From positions 18,848,001-18,912,000 of the forward strand of contig JBHGNT010000009.1 of NCBI GenBank assembly GCA_043228905.1: a stretch of DNA of 64,000 bases, read 5' to 3'. The notes beneath the pieces are model-generated. The model was not told the origin of the DNA. It made no database searches and saw only the letters and a list, made by a program, of their open reading frames with translations. Position numbers and translations under genes: made by a program. The stretch is from Azolla caroliniana. Taxonomy: Eukaryota; Plantae; Polypodiophyta. Shown here piece after piece: positions 37,501 to 48,800 of the stretch; within the stretch, counting starts at the first letter, position 1; each line of letters begins with the position of its first letter.

Positions 37501-38732
37501 GAATCATCATGGTCTTCGTAGTGAAGGCGTAAGATACGGCCATACATAAAGGGTTTCTCTTTATCAAGTTGACCGTCCCCCTTCTTTTTGGCGGTATACA
37601 ACACAACCTTCTTTTTCGAGTCGATATACTACATGCACCACTCGTCCGTCAAATCACGGTCAGGAAGCTCCTCCCCACCAGTTGCTACAACCATCTTCTT
37701 TTGACTAATTTCATCAAACGGTTGTTCCCTATTATCCTCGTGAAAAAGAAGTCTCTTTCCCTTGTTCACATTATGTGGAATTGGTTGTTTCGGGTTCTCC
37801 ACCGGTGACCCTTGATATTTCAGCCTAATTTTCTTAACAGGAAGGTCTGAGAGGTTCTCAAAAGACCTATTTAAGAGAGGAAGTGGGAAAATATACGTCA
37901 GTTGTTGTTTGAGGTTTAGCCTGCAATCAAATTTAACGTAACTAGACAATTACTAATACGAGCTAGCATTTTGCTTCATTCCCTTCATTGAAGGGTTTTG
38001 CTTGAGGTGGAACTAATGGACCTCAATTGTACATTTAAATGTCTCTTAGACTATTCTCCGATAAAATTAGGTTTTTTGAGAATTTTTCTAGGTTTAGCGA
38101 ACATAATGTATCTTAAATGTACAAAGATATGGTTATTTTTTATGTAATAAGGCTTAATTATTGGGTATTTACATGTATTTTATGAGACTTAATGTTATAT
38201 TCCCTAATTGTTTAATGGTCCTAATTGTTTCAAAATTCAGCAAATTCTGTTAAAATGTCTCTATTTGCCATATAAAATCGTGTCTAGATAAGGATATTGT
38301 TGGAAATTTTCTTATTTAGACAGGAACTCGGTACTCCATATGGAGTTGGTTTTTAAAAGGTCTATTGCAAACACAAATTCGATACGACTCGATACGGCGT
38401 ATCGAGTTCCTATTCAAACGAATCTTCCTTAAAGACGAACTCGATACGACATTTCGAATTTGTGTTTAAAGTCCTTTTGTGAACTGGAACTCGATACGCC
38501 GTATTGAGTTCCTATTCAAACAGATCTTCCTTAAAGAGGAACTCGATACAATGTATCGAGTTTCTGTTCAAAAGAGAGGCTTTTAAACAGAACCTTGATA
38601 CGCCGCATCAAGTTTTTGTATGAATCAGGACTTGTGAATGTTCCTTAATGGTTAGAAAGGATTGAAATTAGAAATGTTCGTACAGTTAGTATCTTACCTA
38701 GAGTCTGTGCGCTCAATCTTCTTCGACGACAT
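34588..38732 (-). pseudogene. intron-containing ParB/Srx-like domain + beta-class N6-adenine/N4-cytosine DNA methyltransferase fusion
   Basis: ParB-like region (LPITIIHRP..LEIREPH.MHVQNL..YFVIGRSH..IYMGLTTKEAKLLAWDHN) at ~36730-37105; LIADIPYG (DIPY 35713-35724); NP*QK..LIEMFSIEGDWILDLFSSTG/TMSACALKLFRNTVALEKD; GT-AG introns. Confidence 0.85.
38324..38614. repeat. array of six GAACTCGATAC-N3-GTATCGAGTTC palindromes, ~51-bp period
   Basis: Copies at ~38324, 38385, 38437, 38487, 38539, 38590. Confidence 0.9.
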
Positions 38733-38863
38733 GATTTTTGGGCTTGCTTGTGACAGGGAGTTGGTCGCGTGCTCTTGCATTGGTGATTCTCCGTGGGCTC
38801 CCGAGCTCTGAGTGCTCCGAGTCTCGATTGCGCATGTGAGATCCAGAAAATGAGGAGGTTCTC

Positions 38864-38873
38864 CTATTTATAG
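38864..38873 (-). promoter_or_regulatory. TATA box of the ParB-MTase gene
   Basis: CTATAAATAG ~130 nt upstream of ATG 38732, whose 35-nt exon ends in AG|GTAAGA. Confidence 0.6.
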
Positions 38874-39955
38874 GGCTTTAAAACCGTGGTTAAAGTAACT
38901 ATAGTTACTTTAATAGTAGGGTTACATCCAACTTAGTTCCCCTATGTTAGTTAGTTGTTAGTACCCTTTGGTTAGTACAAAGTTGGATCCTGAGGTAGGT
39001 ACTACATGTGAGTTATAGGTTACATAAATTTTAGTCAGTTAGGTACTCTATGGTATTTATAGTTATAGTTATAGGTACGTATGCACTTAGCCATTATTGG
39101 TGGTAATAGTTGTGTCCCAGTTGTATTTATGGCACGGAATCATATGTCACCAATGATTGCACATTATAGATTGTATTGTTTCATAAAAGTTGGATTTTAA
39201 ACACCAGTAAATGATTATGAACTAATGATTAAAGTGAATTTAATAAAGGAAAATTTTAATATACTTCCCTCTTTCCCACATGGGGATTAGGAATTCTATT
39301 CACATGTGAGGAATCACACTTTTAAATGATTATGATCTTCATTAATGAACCAATGATTGAGATGAAACTTACATATTTATGACTCTCTAATGATTATGAA
39401 TATATAGTATACACTTACATATTTAGATTACACTTAAATATTTATGACTCTCTAATGATTTTGAATATAGACTATATATCTACAATAAAATATAATTTGA
39501 TTATATAGACTATATGAATAATATTGTATAAAATAAATTTTATGTATACCAGATTGACTAGTGTGTATATCATAATTTTATGTATATAATAATATATTTT
39601 GAATATAGACTATATGAATAAAATATATTTTATATAATAATAATATCTTTCTTTATTGGATTATTTGTTTATTTTATATAATAATATATTTGTTAGGGCA
39701 TTAAATTGAGGGAGCTTAGGTATATAGAGGCACTTATCATTTGTTTCAATATCTTATATTACCTTAAGCACATAATTTTGAGAGTTGTGTTTGGATCTTA
39801 AGCTGTGAGTGAAAACTCACCCTTTTCAGTTGAAGAGTATTGTTTGTCAACAGACTCACCGTTTTCGGTTGAAGAGCATTGTTTGTCGACAGATACATCA
39901 TTTTTTGTCGAAGAATATTGTTTGAGCTTATCTTCTCCTATACCTCATGTGAATA

Positions 39956-42900
39956 ATGACTCATGTGAATAACGACTCATGTGAAGAGTTCTCTTTAGAA
40001 GAATATGACGTCAATAAAGATACAAACAATGAAAGTAATGCCAATGAAACATCGGAGATCATGGGGGGTCAACCTAACAACAACATAATTGACTCTAATG
40101 TGGTTACCCCTATTTCTAATGAAGAAAAGAAATCGGGAAACCCTATGCATATTAGAAGAACCCCACGTGGAATTTGTTTGGCAAGATTTAACTTGGAGAC
40201 ATCAGATAAGCAACTTGGAGTTGATGTAAACAAAACATGTTGTGCTTGTGGTTGTATGTCAATGTTTGGAAAAGCAAAGTTGTGAGAATTAAGGCGTTAC
40301 TATTTTTCGATGACTGGTGATGAGCAAGACACTTACCTCGGCTCACATATGCAAATTGTGTCTAACAACTCTTCGGGGATCAAAGTATCATTCGAGTATT
40401 ATATCTTCCATGCGCAACAAATATGTAGAGTGACTTTCGAAATTGCACTATGTGTTAGTAACATGCAGCTACATAAAGTACAACAACGTCTTCTTAGTGG
40501 GGATCACACTGTCAATTGTAAAGAGGTTCCAAGTATGAAAGGTGCAATTGGAAGACATGCTATTGGTTGGATGAAAATTTACTTCAAGTTAAATTGTGAA
40601 GTAATGCCCATCATAGGCATGATGCACCTCTCTGATAATTACATACATTGGGAAGTTTATGATGTTTATCGATTTGAAATGCAATTATCAAGTGATAAAT
40701 ATGTCACATATAGCAAATTCACAAGATTGTGGAGAACATGGTTTTCAAATGTTATTATTCCGCGTAGTATGCATGGGGTATTGCTTGATTTGTGCGAACC
40801 TTAAAAGTTTGGCTAAAGGTGTGAAGACAACAATGGAAAAGGATATGAGTAAGAAGTTACTACCGGAGCATCATGAAGCACAATCGTTAGAATGAAAGAA
40901 GGTGATGCATCATAGAGAGAAGTTTTTGAAGAGGCCCGAAAAATACATGTGCTTAATGATCGATGGCATGGACCAGAAGAAGACTTGCTTACCTCATATG
41001 CGAAGGCTCCCCAAAGACATCAATGATGACTACCTTGTTCAAATGCACTTGGCGGGATGCTTGGCTTATAATAGGTCAATTAGACCTCACGTCTTCATTA
41101 CATACCCCAATGTTCACAACTGTCAAGATTGAGAGATAGAGAGATAGAGAGTATTGTAAAGATAATGTATTGCACTAGAAAATGGAATACAATGAGTAAA
41201 CAATAAGGGAACTCTAGAATGGCGTTGAACCAAATTGGTTCATCCCTTATTATTAGATGCGTATTTATAAGTCTTAATAGGGTATTCTAGAAAGTCCTAG
41301 AATAAAGATTATGCTAAAATATTCTAAAACGTTCTAGACAATAGAGCACTCTAGAATATTCTAGAAAATTTTAGAAAATTCTAGAAAATTCTAGAAAATT
41401 CTAGAAGATAGAGTACTCTAGAATACTTTATAATATTCTATATAGTTTATAAATTCTTTACACATAAATATATCATTACAATGATTAAGAACTCAACACA
41501 TATATAACAAGGTTGTGGGTTCGATTCCTTGTAAACCCAAATCGTATGTAAGTGTCATCATGACAACAATGACCCTAACCTAACAGTTACAGTGATTCAC
41601 CGAGTTTTGAGTTCTTGGGGCCAACCATTCCCCCTTGTTCTCTACATTCAATTGGACAATACTGTTAGAGAGAACAAAAATTAAACTGTGTTTGGCTATC
41701 TAAGTATGTTAGTCAACCAAGGATTGTTTAGAAAAGTGAAAGTCAAATTTCTTTTGGTTGGCCACACACATTATCATATAGATCACATGTTTAGCACATT
41801 CTCTAGATAGTTGTCTCGGCATGATGCTTTCACATTACCAAAACTATTTGATGTCATTTGTGATGCATATACACCACGCCCAAAAAATTTACACTTGAAC
41901 GAGGTATATGACTTTAAGAGATATATATCAGATGGGGGTGATGGGAATGTTAAAGTGCTCGCCCAGTTAAACAATATAAGCTTCAATCTTTTTTTTTTTA
42001 TAAAGAAAAATGATATAAGTAGTTCTACGCATTTGTATGCCAAGCAATATTCATCTTCTACAAAATGGGAACCTGAAGGTGGTTGCCAGTTCTTAATTTG
42101 TATGCCGAGTACAATAGTTTATGGAGCTAAACAAATGCCAATTGAGATGAAAGGACAGTTGCATAGTGACTTGGTAGAAGATAAAAAACACTTATGGCTC
42201 TAAGCTTTAATAGAAAAAAGGAAGTATATTGAGGTCGCAAAGATATATGCTGCACAACAAGACACGTCATAGTGGGATGTGTTTTATAGTGATCAGAAAG
42301 GAATTATTGACAATTGTGTATCTGGTGATAATTGGACTTTGGAAATACCATTCACATGGTTGCTACAACATGATCATGTAAATAAATCTCCAGAGCAAGT
42401 AACTAATGCAATTAATGATAGTTTGGTCCATCCACAACAAAGAGACATTTATGTGGGACCAAGGATGACCAAAGCAGCTGAAGCTAGATGGAAAGGAAAT
42501 TTGCAAGAGCTCGCAGTGGGGATGTTGATTACAACACCTACTAATGATAACGAACAAGGCCGCCAATTTTGGATTGGTAAAATTCTAGAAGTGCTAATGC
42601 ATGAAATAGAAAACACGATCAAGTCTATAAAAGTGCATTGGTACGACACTAGAAGTGAAAATGCTTTTACAAGTAAGTATACAATAGAGATGATGAAATG
42701 CCCGACGAGAAGGGGAAGCAGGAAGAGGAAGTGAAACATTCGTAACACCTCAACCCTTGATATCTCTAATGTGGATATCATCATGTACGACTTTATGCTT
42801 ACAAAAGTTGGACGTTTAAGGAAGTCAACAATAGATATAATAATAAAAAAATTACCAGGTTTACAAGGTGGCTCGAGTCAAAGGCAAACGAGATCTGCTG

Positions 42901-42994
42901 CACATAATATAGAGTCACACAATTTGGTTTACGATGAAGATAATGCATTGATTGGTACATCCGAGGATGACGAGGCGGAATCCTCATTGTACAT
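39956..42994 (+). pseudogene. Sola-like (DUF7869-type) RNase H-fold DNA transposase
   Basis: CCACGC and ICR..F N-terminal motifs; F.RLW..F..IP, CLIC..H; IDGMDQ (40962), QLDNTVRENKN (41649), FLLVGHTHYHID (41760); split by a solo LTR. Confidence 0.8.
41121..41565 (-). mobile_element. solo LTR inside the transposase, TSD ACAAC/ACAAT
   Basis: TGTCA..TGACA; removal restores YPNVHN-DPNLTVTVIHRVL; internal TTCTAGAAAA repeats. Confidence 0.88.
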
Positions 42995-43527
42995 TGTTAA
43001 CCATTTCTGGGGAAACACCTTCGATGTGCCCACAGGCTATCGGTGTCAAGGGATCGTGTTACGTGGGAGCCTCTTCTACAAGGGGGGAAAAAAGAAAGGA
43101 GAACGAGGAGCGTACACGGGCTACAACCCGTTAGGTATAAACGTAGCTCGATTTACGAGTACGAGGAGAATACACAGATAGAATATTAGAAAACGAAACT
43201 TATATTAAACGATAGAGCTCCTAGTGATTACAGTACTCGGCTCTCAGCCGGAAACAATAGTACAGAGCTTGCTGCTAGGATATTACTCTTGCTAAGAATG
43301 ATCTAGATAATCCCCCCTTGAGTTATATAGTTTTCCCCTTCAGACAGAGCCGAGCCATCGGCTGATTTGTGAGGGCTAAAAACATGACTATTTCTAGTCT
43401 TACTTATTTCCTCACCTACTCTTCTACCTAACGACGAGTTTACATAATATATTTATATTTTTGGCCTATGGAAAACACCTGGCACGCCCGTGGGATAGGA
43501 CTTTGTCTATCGGACCCACGGTTCACA
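42995..43527 (-). repeat. LTR with non-matching flanks
   Basis: TGTTAACC..GGTTCACA inverted termini; minus-strand TATA near 43325; flanks TACAT vs ATGTG. Confidence 0.6.
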
Positions 43528-43609
43528 ATGTGGAGGAGTAACCATGGATTTGGCAAAACAACACAATTTACAAAAATTGCCCGTTCATACGAGGGCTTAT
43601 AGGGTTGTT

Positions 43610-45247
43610 TTATTCCTCTTCCAATAGGCCCAGGATATCCTCGGGGGCATGGGGTTGGTCTGGGTGCTCGGAAGGTGGGGTTAGTGATGGACGTTTCGTT
43701 GCCGAGTCGGGGATGGCTGTGTCATCCTGTGCGCCCTCCTTTGTTGGGACCGATTCAGGTAGGGTCATGGTTGTAGTCTGTGGCTCGGGTGGGATGTTGA
43801 AGTCTGTAGGGGCAGGTTCCTCCGGTCTAGCTGCCGTGGTGGGTGGCTCGGTTGGGATGTGGAGGTCTGTAGGGGCAGGTTCCTTCGGTCTAGCTGCCGT
43901 GGGGGGTGGCTCAGGTGGGATGTGCAGGTCTGTAGGGGCAGGTTCCTCCGGTTTAGCTGTCGTGGTGGGTGGCTCGGGTCCTTGGTCGTTGGTTGTGGGA
44001 GCTCTGTTAATCCCGGTAGTGAGTTGTTCCTCCTCGTACGCTTCGCCTTCTAAGCAAAACACCATTAGATCGTCGTTGAATTCCTTTAAAAGTTGCGCGA
44101 TGGCCGCGGTGTGGGATGCTGCCAAGGTTTGATATTCCTCAGTTAAGTCTTCACGGAGGGTCTGGATGTTGGTGTCATCCATCTTGTAAAAAACCCTCGG
44201 CCCTCCTTCCATCAGTTCTCGGCATCCACGCGTAGTATGTGTAGGTTCACGGCTTGGGTTGACCACCCCTGTCAGACATGGTCAAGTGTGTCTTTGATCT
44301 TTGTGGTGAATTGCTGGCGATACTTGTTGATTAGGATCTTGATTTTAGTATCGTCCATGCCAATGCTAGCGCAATGAACTTCCAATACCTCCCTTGCGGC
44401 CTTGGCTTCTGCTTGGCTTTTGCGAACGAGGAGTGCTAAAGTAACTTATAACGTGTGTTGAGCTGAGCTACAATTTCGTCTATGTCCTGTCGCCAAGCAT
44501 CCCGATGATGTTCTCTAGCGGCGATGTGCTTGGTTTGCAACCGGTGATACGCATCGGAAATTTTTTCCCTTTGCTCTTCCGAGATCCTCCACTTCTGCAT
44601 ATGTTCGTTGGCCATGTCTTGTAAGGCCCTTAGATGACGTCATAATTCCTGGTTGTCTGCGAAGAGCTCTTGTTCCCATTGGCTATTCCACTCTGCTTCT
44701 TTGATGAAACATTCTTTGGCCTCAGTGATAGAAACCTGAAGGTTTATCACCTCTCTTTCCCATTCTTCAAGTGCGGCCGACTTTTTAGCAAGCAGTCGCT
44801 TGAGGTCAGCTTTGCGGCTCGCAGCTTGTTCCCGTAGCTGGCCAAGAATGTTGTGGTGGTTCTGTTCTGCCAACTCAGCCAAAGCAATCTGGGCCTTAAG
44901 CTCCTCCTGGTAGTCTCGAAGGGGAGGCCCTATCTCGGTTGCCACTTGTTGGATTCGGGGAGAGGGTTCCCTATCTGTCTGTGTAGATCATTCCATGACG
45001 ACCGGGGGTGGTGGCGTTTGCATGGAGGCGTGGCTGGTTTGGGGGTGCGGGCTGATATCTGCCCGTGACGAGGGCTCGCTTGTCTGTACCAAGTTCGTCA
45101 TTGTGTTGGCATTGATCGTGGCTACCCTAGGGTGAGCGGTGTCGTCTTTGTGTGCTTCAGTACCTGCAGCACTCAGGCTTGGGTTAGGAAGAGTGGTTGG
45201 TGAGACACCGTCACTCGGCGCAGGGAGGCTTAAGGGTGGTTGTTCTA
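43610..45247 (-). pseudogene. orphan coiled-coil plus Pro/Thr-repeat ORF, probably a TE accessory gene
   Basis: Collinear ORF pieces 44988-45247, 44640-44945 and 43610-44266; three 63-bp (21-aa) repeats. Confidence 0.5.
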
Positions 45248-45829
45248 TGTTGGGATTACGGTCCCTCCAGATGTGATGGTCGGATGCCCGGGAATCGGGA
45301 ATGAAGACCCGAATGAGGAGTACCTGGTATCGGAGCCGGATGATGAATGTACCCGGAGAGAGATCCGGATGCGGGGACATATTTGTGAATATGTTTGCCA
45401 AGGGCCCTTGAGGCTATATTTGTAAATAGCCCGAAAGTCATATGTGTATAAATATGACTTAGGGCAAACAGTTTTGTTGTTGCTCATTTTTCTGTTTTCC
45501 ACTTAGAGGGAGCGAAGTGAGAGCAGCCGAGAGAGAGATTGAGAGAGAGAGAAAGGAAGAGGTCGACGCCTCTGTGTAATACCGCCGCCTGTGGCGAGGA
45601 CAGCGAACTCAAGGTCGTCGCCTTGCAGCTCGCCATTGTACATTCCCTGCGTATAGTGATAGTTGGAGTCTTGCACTCCCGTGGTTTTTCCCGTCTAGGG
45701 TTTTCCACGCTAAACCCTGTGCATTCGAGTCTCTCTCTGTGTTTTCGATTTACTACTGCATTGACTCGTGTTTCCTCGGTTGTGGCCGAGAGGTGAAAGT
45801 TTTTTTTGGGAAATCGTCAATTCCTAACA
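45248..45829 (+). repeat. 5' LTR
   Basis: TGTTGG..TAACA; direct repeat of 49945-50550. Confidence 0.93.
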
Positions 45830-45860
45830 ATCTGGTATCAGAGCGACTGCAGTGCAGAAA

Positions 45861-48800
45861 ATGGAAGGCGGCATCAGCGGGCAGCCGGGGATGATGGTGC
45901 TGAATGCGCAGAACTACGCCGACTGGAAGATAAAGATGGAGGATCTGCTCATTGTTCGGGACCTGTATGAACCGATCGACAGGTCGGAAATACCCAAGGG
46001 GGTACTTGAGACGGAATGGAGGCTTCTGAACCGGAAAGCCGTTGCAACCATTCGGCAATACGTCGACGTGAGCGTTCTACAACATGTGGCGAACGACACC
46101 AACGCATATGAGATGTGGCAGAAGCTGTCGGGCCTCTACGAGAGGAAGAATGCGTTGAACCGGACCTCCCTGATGAGGAAGATAGTGAACCTCAAGTACC
46201 GGGACGGCGAGAGTATGGTGGAACACGTAAGCACGTTCATGGGATTCGTGAACCAGCTTGCGGCGATCAAGTTCCCGTTGGAGGATGCAATGCAAGCCAT
46301 CATGCTGATGTGTACATTGCCGGAAAGTTGGGAGAACTTGGTGGTGACTCTCAGCACCTCCTGCACCGAAGATAACTTGTCCCTACAAACGGTAAAGACA
46401 AGCATTTTGAACGAAGAAGCGCGTCGGAGAGATAAAGAACCGGCCTCCGATCCGAAGATGTTGCTTACCGAATCGGATCGGGGAAGACAACGGAACCGAA
46501 GTCCGCAAAGACGGGAGAAGTCGGGGACCCGGTCGCAGTCAAGAGGAAGGCCCGCATGCTTCCACTGTGGGAAGCCGGGGCACTTCCGAAAGAATTGTCG
46601 GCATTACCGAAAAGACAACGGAGCCGACGACACCGATTCAAAGAAGTCCTCGGAACGGAACGGTGCTTACCGGGGAGCCACGGACCGGAATGGTTCGGAT
46701 CGGCGAGGGCAGGACCGGAAAGGAACGACGGCACTCGCGGCAAGTGAAGAGGAGATCATGCTCATCACCGAAGAAGGTGAACTAAACATTGCCGGCGATG
46801 AGACTACCTGGGTGGTCGATTCCGGAGCGTCGTTCCACCTGACCCCGGAAAGAAGATACTTCTCATCCTACACAGCCGGTGAGCATGGTTGTGTTCGGAT
46901 GGGAAATGAAGGTACGTGCCGGATTGCCGGCATAGGAGACGTGTGGTTGACAACCTCGACCGGATGCAAAATGTTGCTGAAGGATGTCCGACACGTTCCG
47001 GAGGTTCGATTGAACCTGATTTCGGCCGGGAGGCTAGACGATGAAGGCTACACAGGTAGCATCCGGAACTGCGTAATGAAGTTCAGCAAGGGGAGCCTGA
47101 TAGTGGCTCGGGCACGGAAAGTCAACACACTGTACCTTATGAATGCCTGGTTGTGTCCGGAGGAGTTGAACGTGGCACCCGACACTGCCGGTGAGCTGTG
47201 GCACAAGAGACTGTGCCACATGAGTGAGAAGGGGATGAAGAGGCTTGCAGAAGACAACCTTATTCTAGTGAAGCATGTGCACATGGAGAAGTGCACCGAT
47301 TGCCTGGCCGGTAAGCAGAACCGAACCTCCTTCCACTCAAGGCCACCGACGAGACGTAGCGCACCATTGGAGTTGGTGCACACTGACGTGTGTCAAGTAG
47401 AAACGAAGTCACATGGCGGAGCCCAGTACTTCGTGACATTCATTGATGACCACAGCCGGAAGCTGTGGACGGCACCGTTGAAGACAAAGGACCAAGTGTT
47501 GTGCGTCTTCAAAGAACTCCACGCGAGAGTGGAAAGGGAATCCGGCAAGAAGCTGAAAGCGATACGAGCGGATAACGGAGGGGAATACCGGGGGCAGTTC
47601 GAGGAGTACTGTCGCTCGAAGGGAATCCGGCTCGAGTTTACTGTGCCGAAGACGCCGGAATTGAACGGGCTGGCCGAGAGGATGAACCGGACCATAATGG
47701 AGAGGGTCCGGAGTATGCTGGCGCATGCGAAATTACCCAAGGGGTTTTGGGCTGAGGCAATGTCGACGGCGACATACGTGATAAACAGATCACCCTCAGT
47801 ACCTTTGGACGGAGACACGCCGCAGAGAGTGTGGACCGGTAGGGAAGTATCCTACCGGCATCTGAAGGTGTTCGGGTGTCTCGCATATGTGCATGTGGCA
47901 AAGGACCGGAGAGGAAAGCTAGATCCAAAGACCCGGCCATGCATATTCCTCGGTTACGGCGATGACGAGTTCGGCTACCGAGTATGGGACCCGGTCGACA
48001 AAAAGTTATTCCGGAGTCGTGATATCATCTTCATGGAGGACAAAACACTCGCCGACTGGGAGTCGGAGAAGAAGATGAAGAGCTCCAAGTCGACCGGTAA
48101 GGATCAACTCTACGAGGAGCAGTCCCGACCGGCAAGGGACCGGTTAGCACTCGAGGATCCGGCCGAAGACGGTGAAGAAACAGAACCGGCCGAGGAAGAT
48201 GAAACTGATACCGGAACCGGCCCCGATCCCGAAATGGATTCGGATGAAGAGGAAACGGAGGAGCCGGTTACCGAAGCTCCGGAACGGAGATATCCTCTAA
48301 GAGAGAGAAGGGCCCCCCGGAGATTTCCGGAACCAGAGCACGTGCTGCTAACCAACGAGGGGGAGCCGGAGAGTTTTGAAGAAGCAAAGCTTGACACCCA
48401 TAGCCGCAGGTGGTTAAGTGCCATGCAGGAGGAGATGGATTCCCTGCATGAGAACCACACATATGAACTTGTGGAGTTGCCGAAAGGAAAGCGGGCACTT
48501 CGAAACAAGTGGGTGTTCAAGCTGAAACCGGGTGATGCCGGAAACCCCCCGAGATACAAAGCCAGGATCGTGGTGAAGGGGTTCCAGCAGAAGAAGGGCG
48601 TCGACTTCGACGAGATATTTGCCCCGGTAGTGAAGATGACCTCCATCCGGACGGTGCTGAGCATAGCGGCAAGCATGGACCTCGAGGTAGAACAGATGGA
48701 CGTGAAGACGGCATTCCTTCACGGTGACCTCGAAGAAGAGATCTATATGCAGCAACCAGAAGGATTCGAGAAGAAAGGGAAGGAGCACCTGGTATGCCGG

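Larger units (their letters stand above)
34588..42994. mobile_element. putative Sola-like DNA transposon carrying a ParB-MTase cargo gene (ends not found)
   Basis: Divergent transposase and MTase genes ~1.2 kb apart with similar decay; no TIRs identified. Confidence 0.55.

Noticed and set aside
38324-38614. CRISPR array
   Set aside because: Spacers repeat in alternation rather than being unique, repeats are degenerate, there are no cas genes, and the context is a eukaryotic intron
34588-38732. Bacterial or phage contamination
   Set aside because: GT-AG introns split conserved motifs, there is a TATA box, and the adjacent transposase carries an LTR insertion
41500-41540. tRNA gene
   Set aside because: Only a T-loop-like motif; no acceptor, D or anticodon stems
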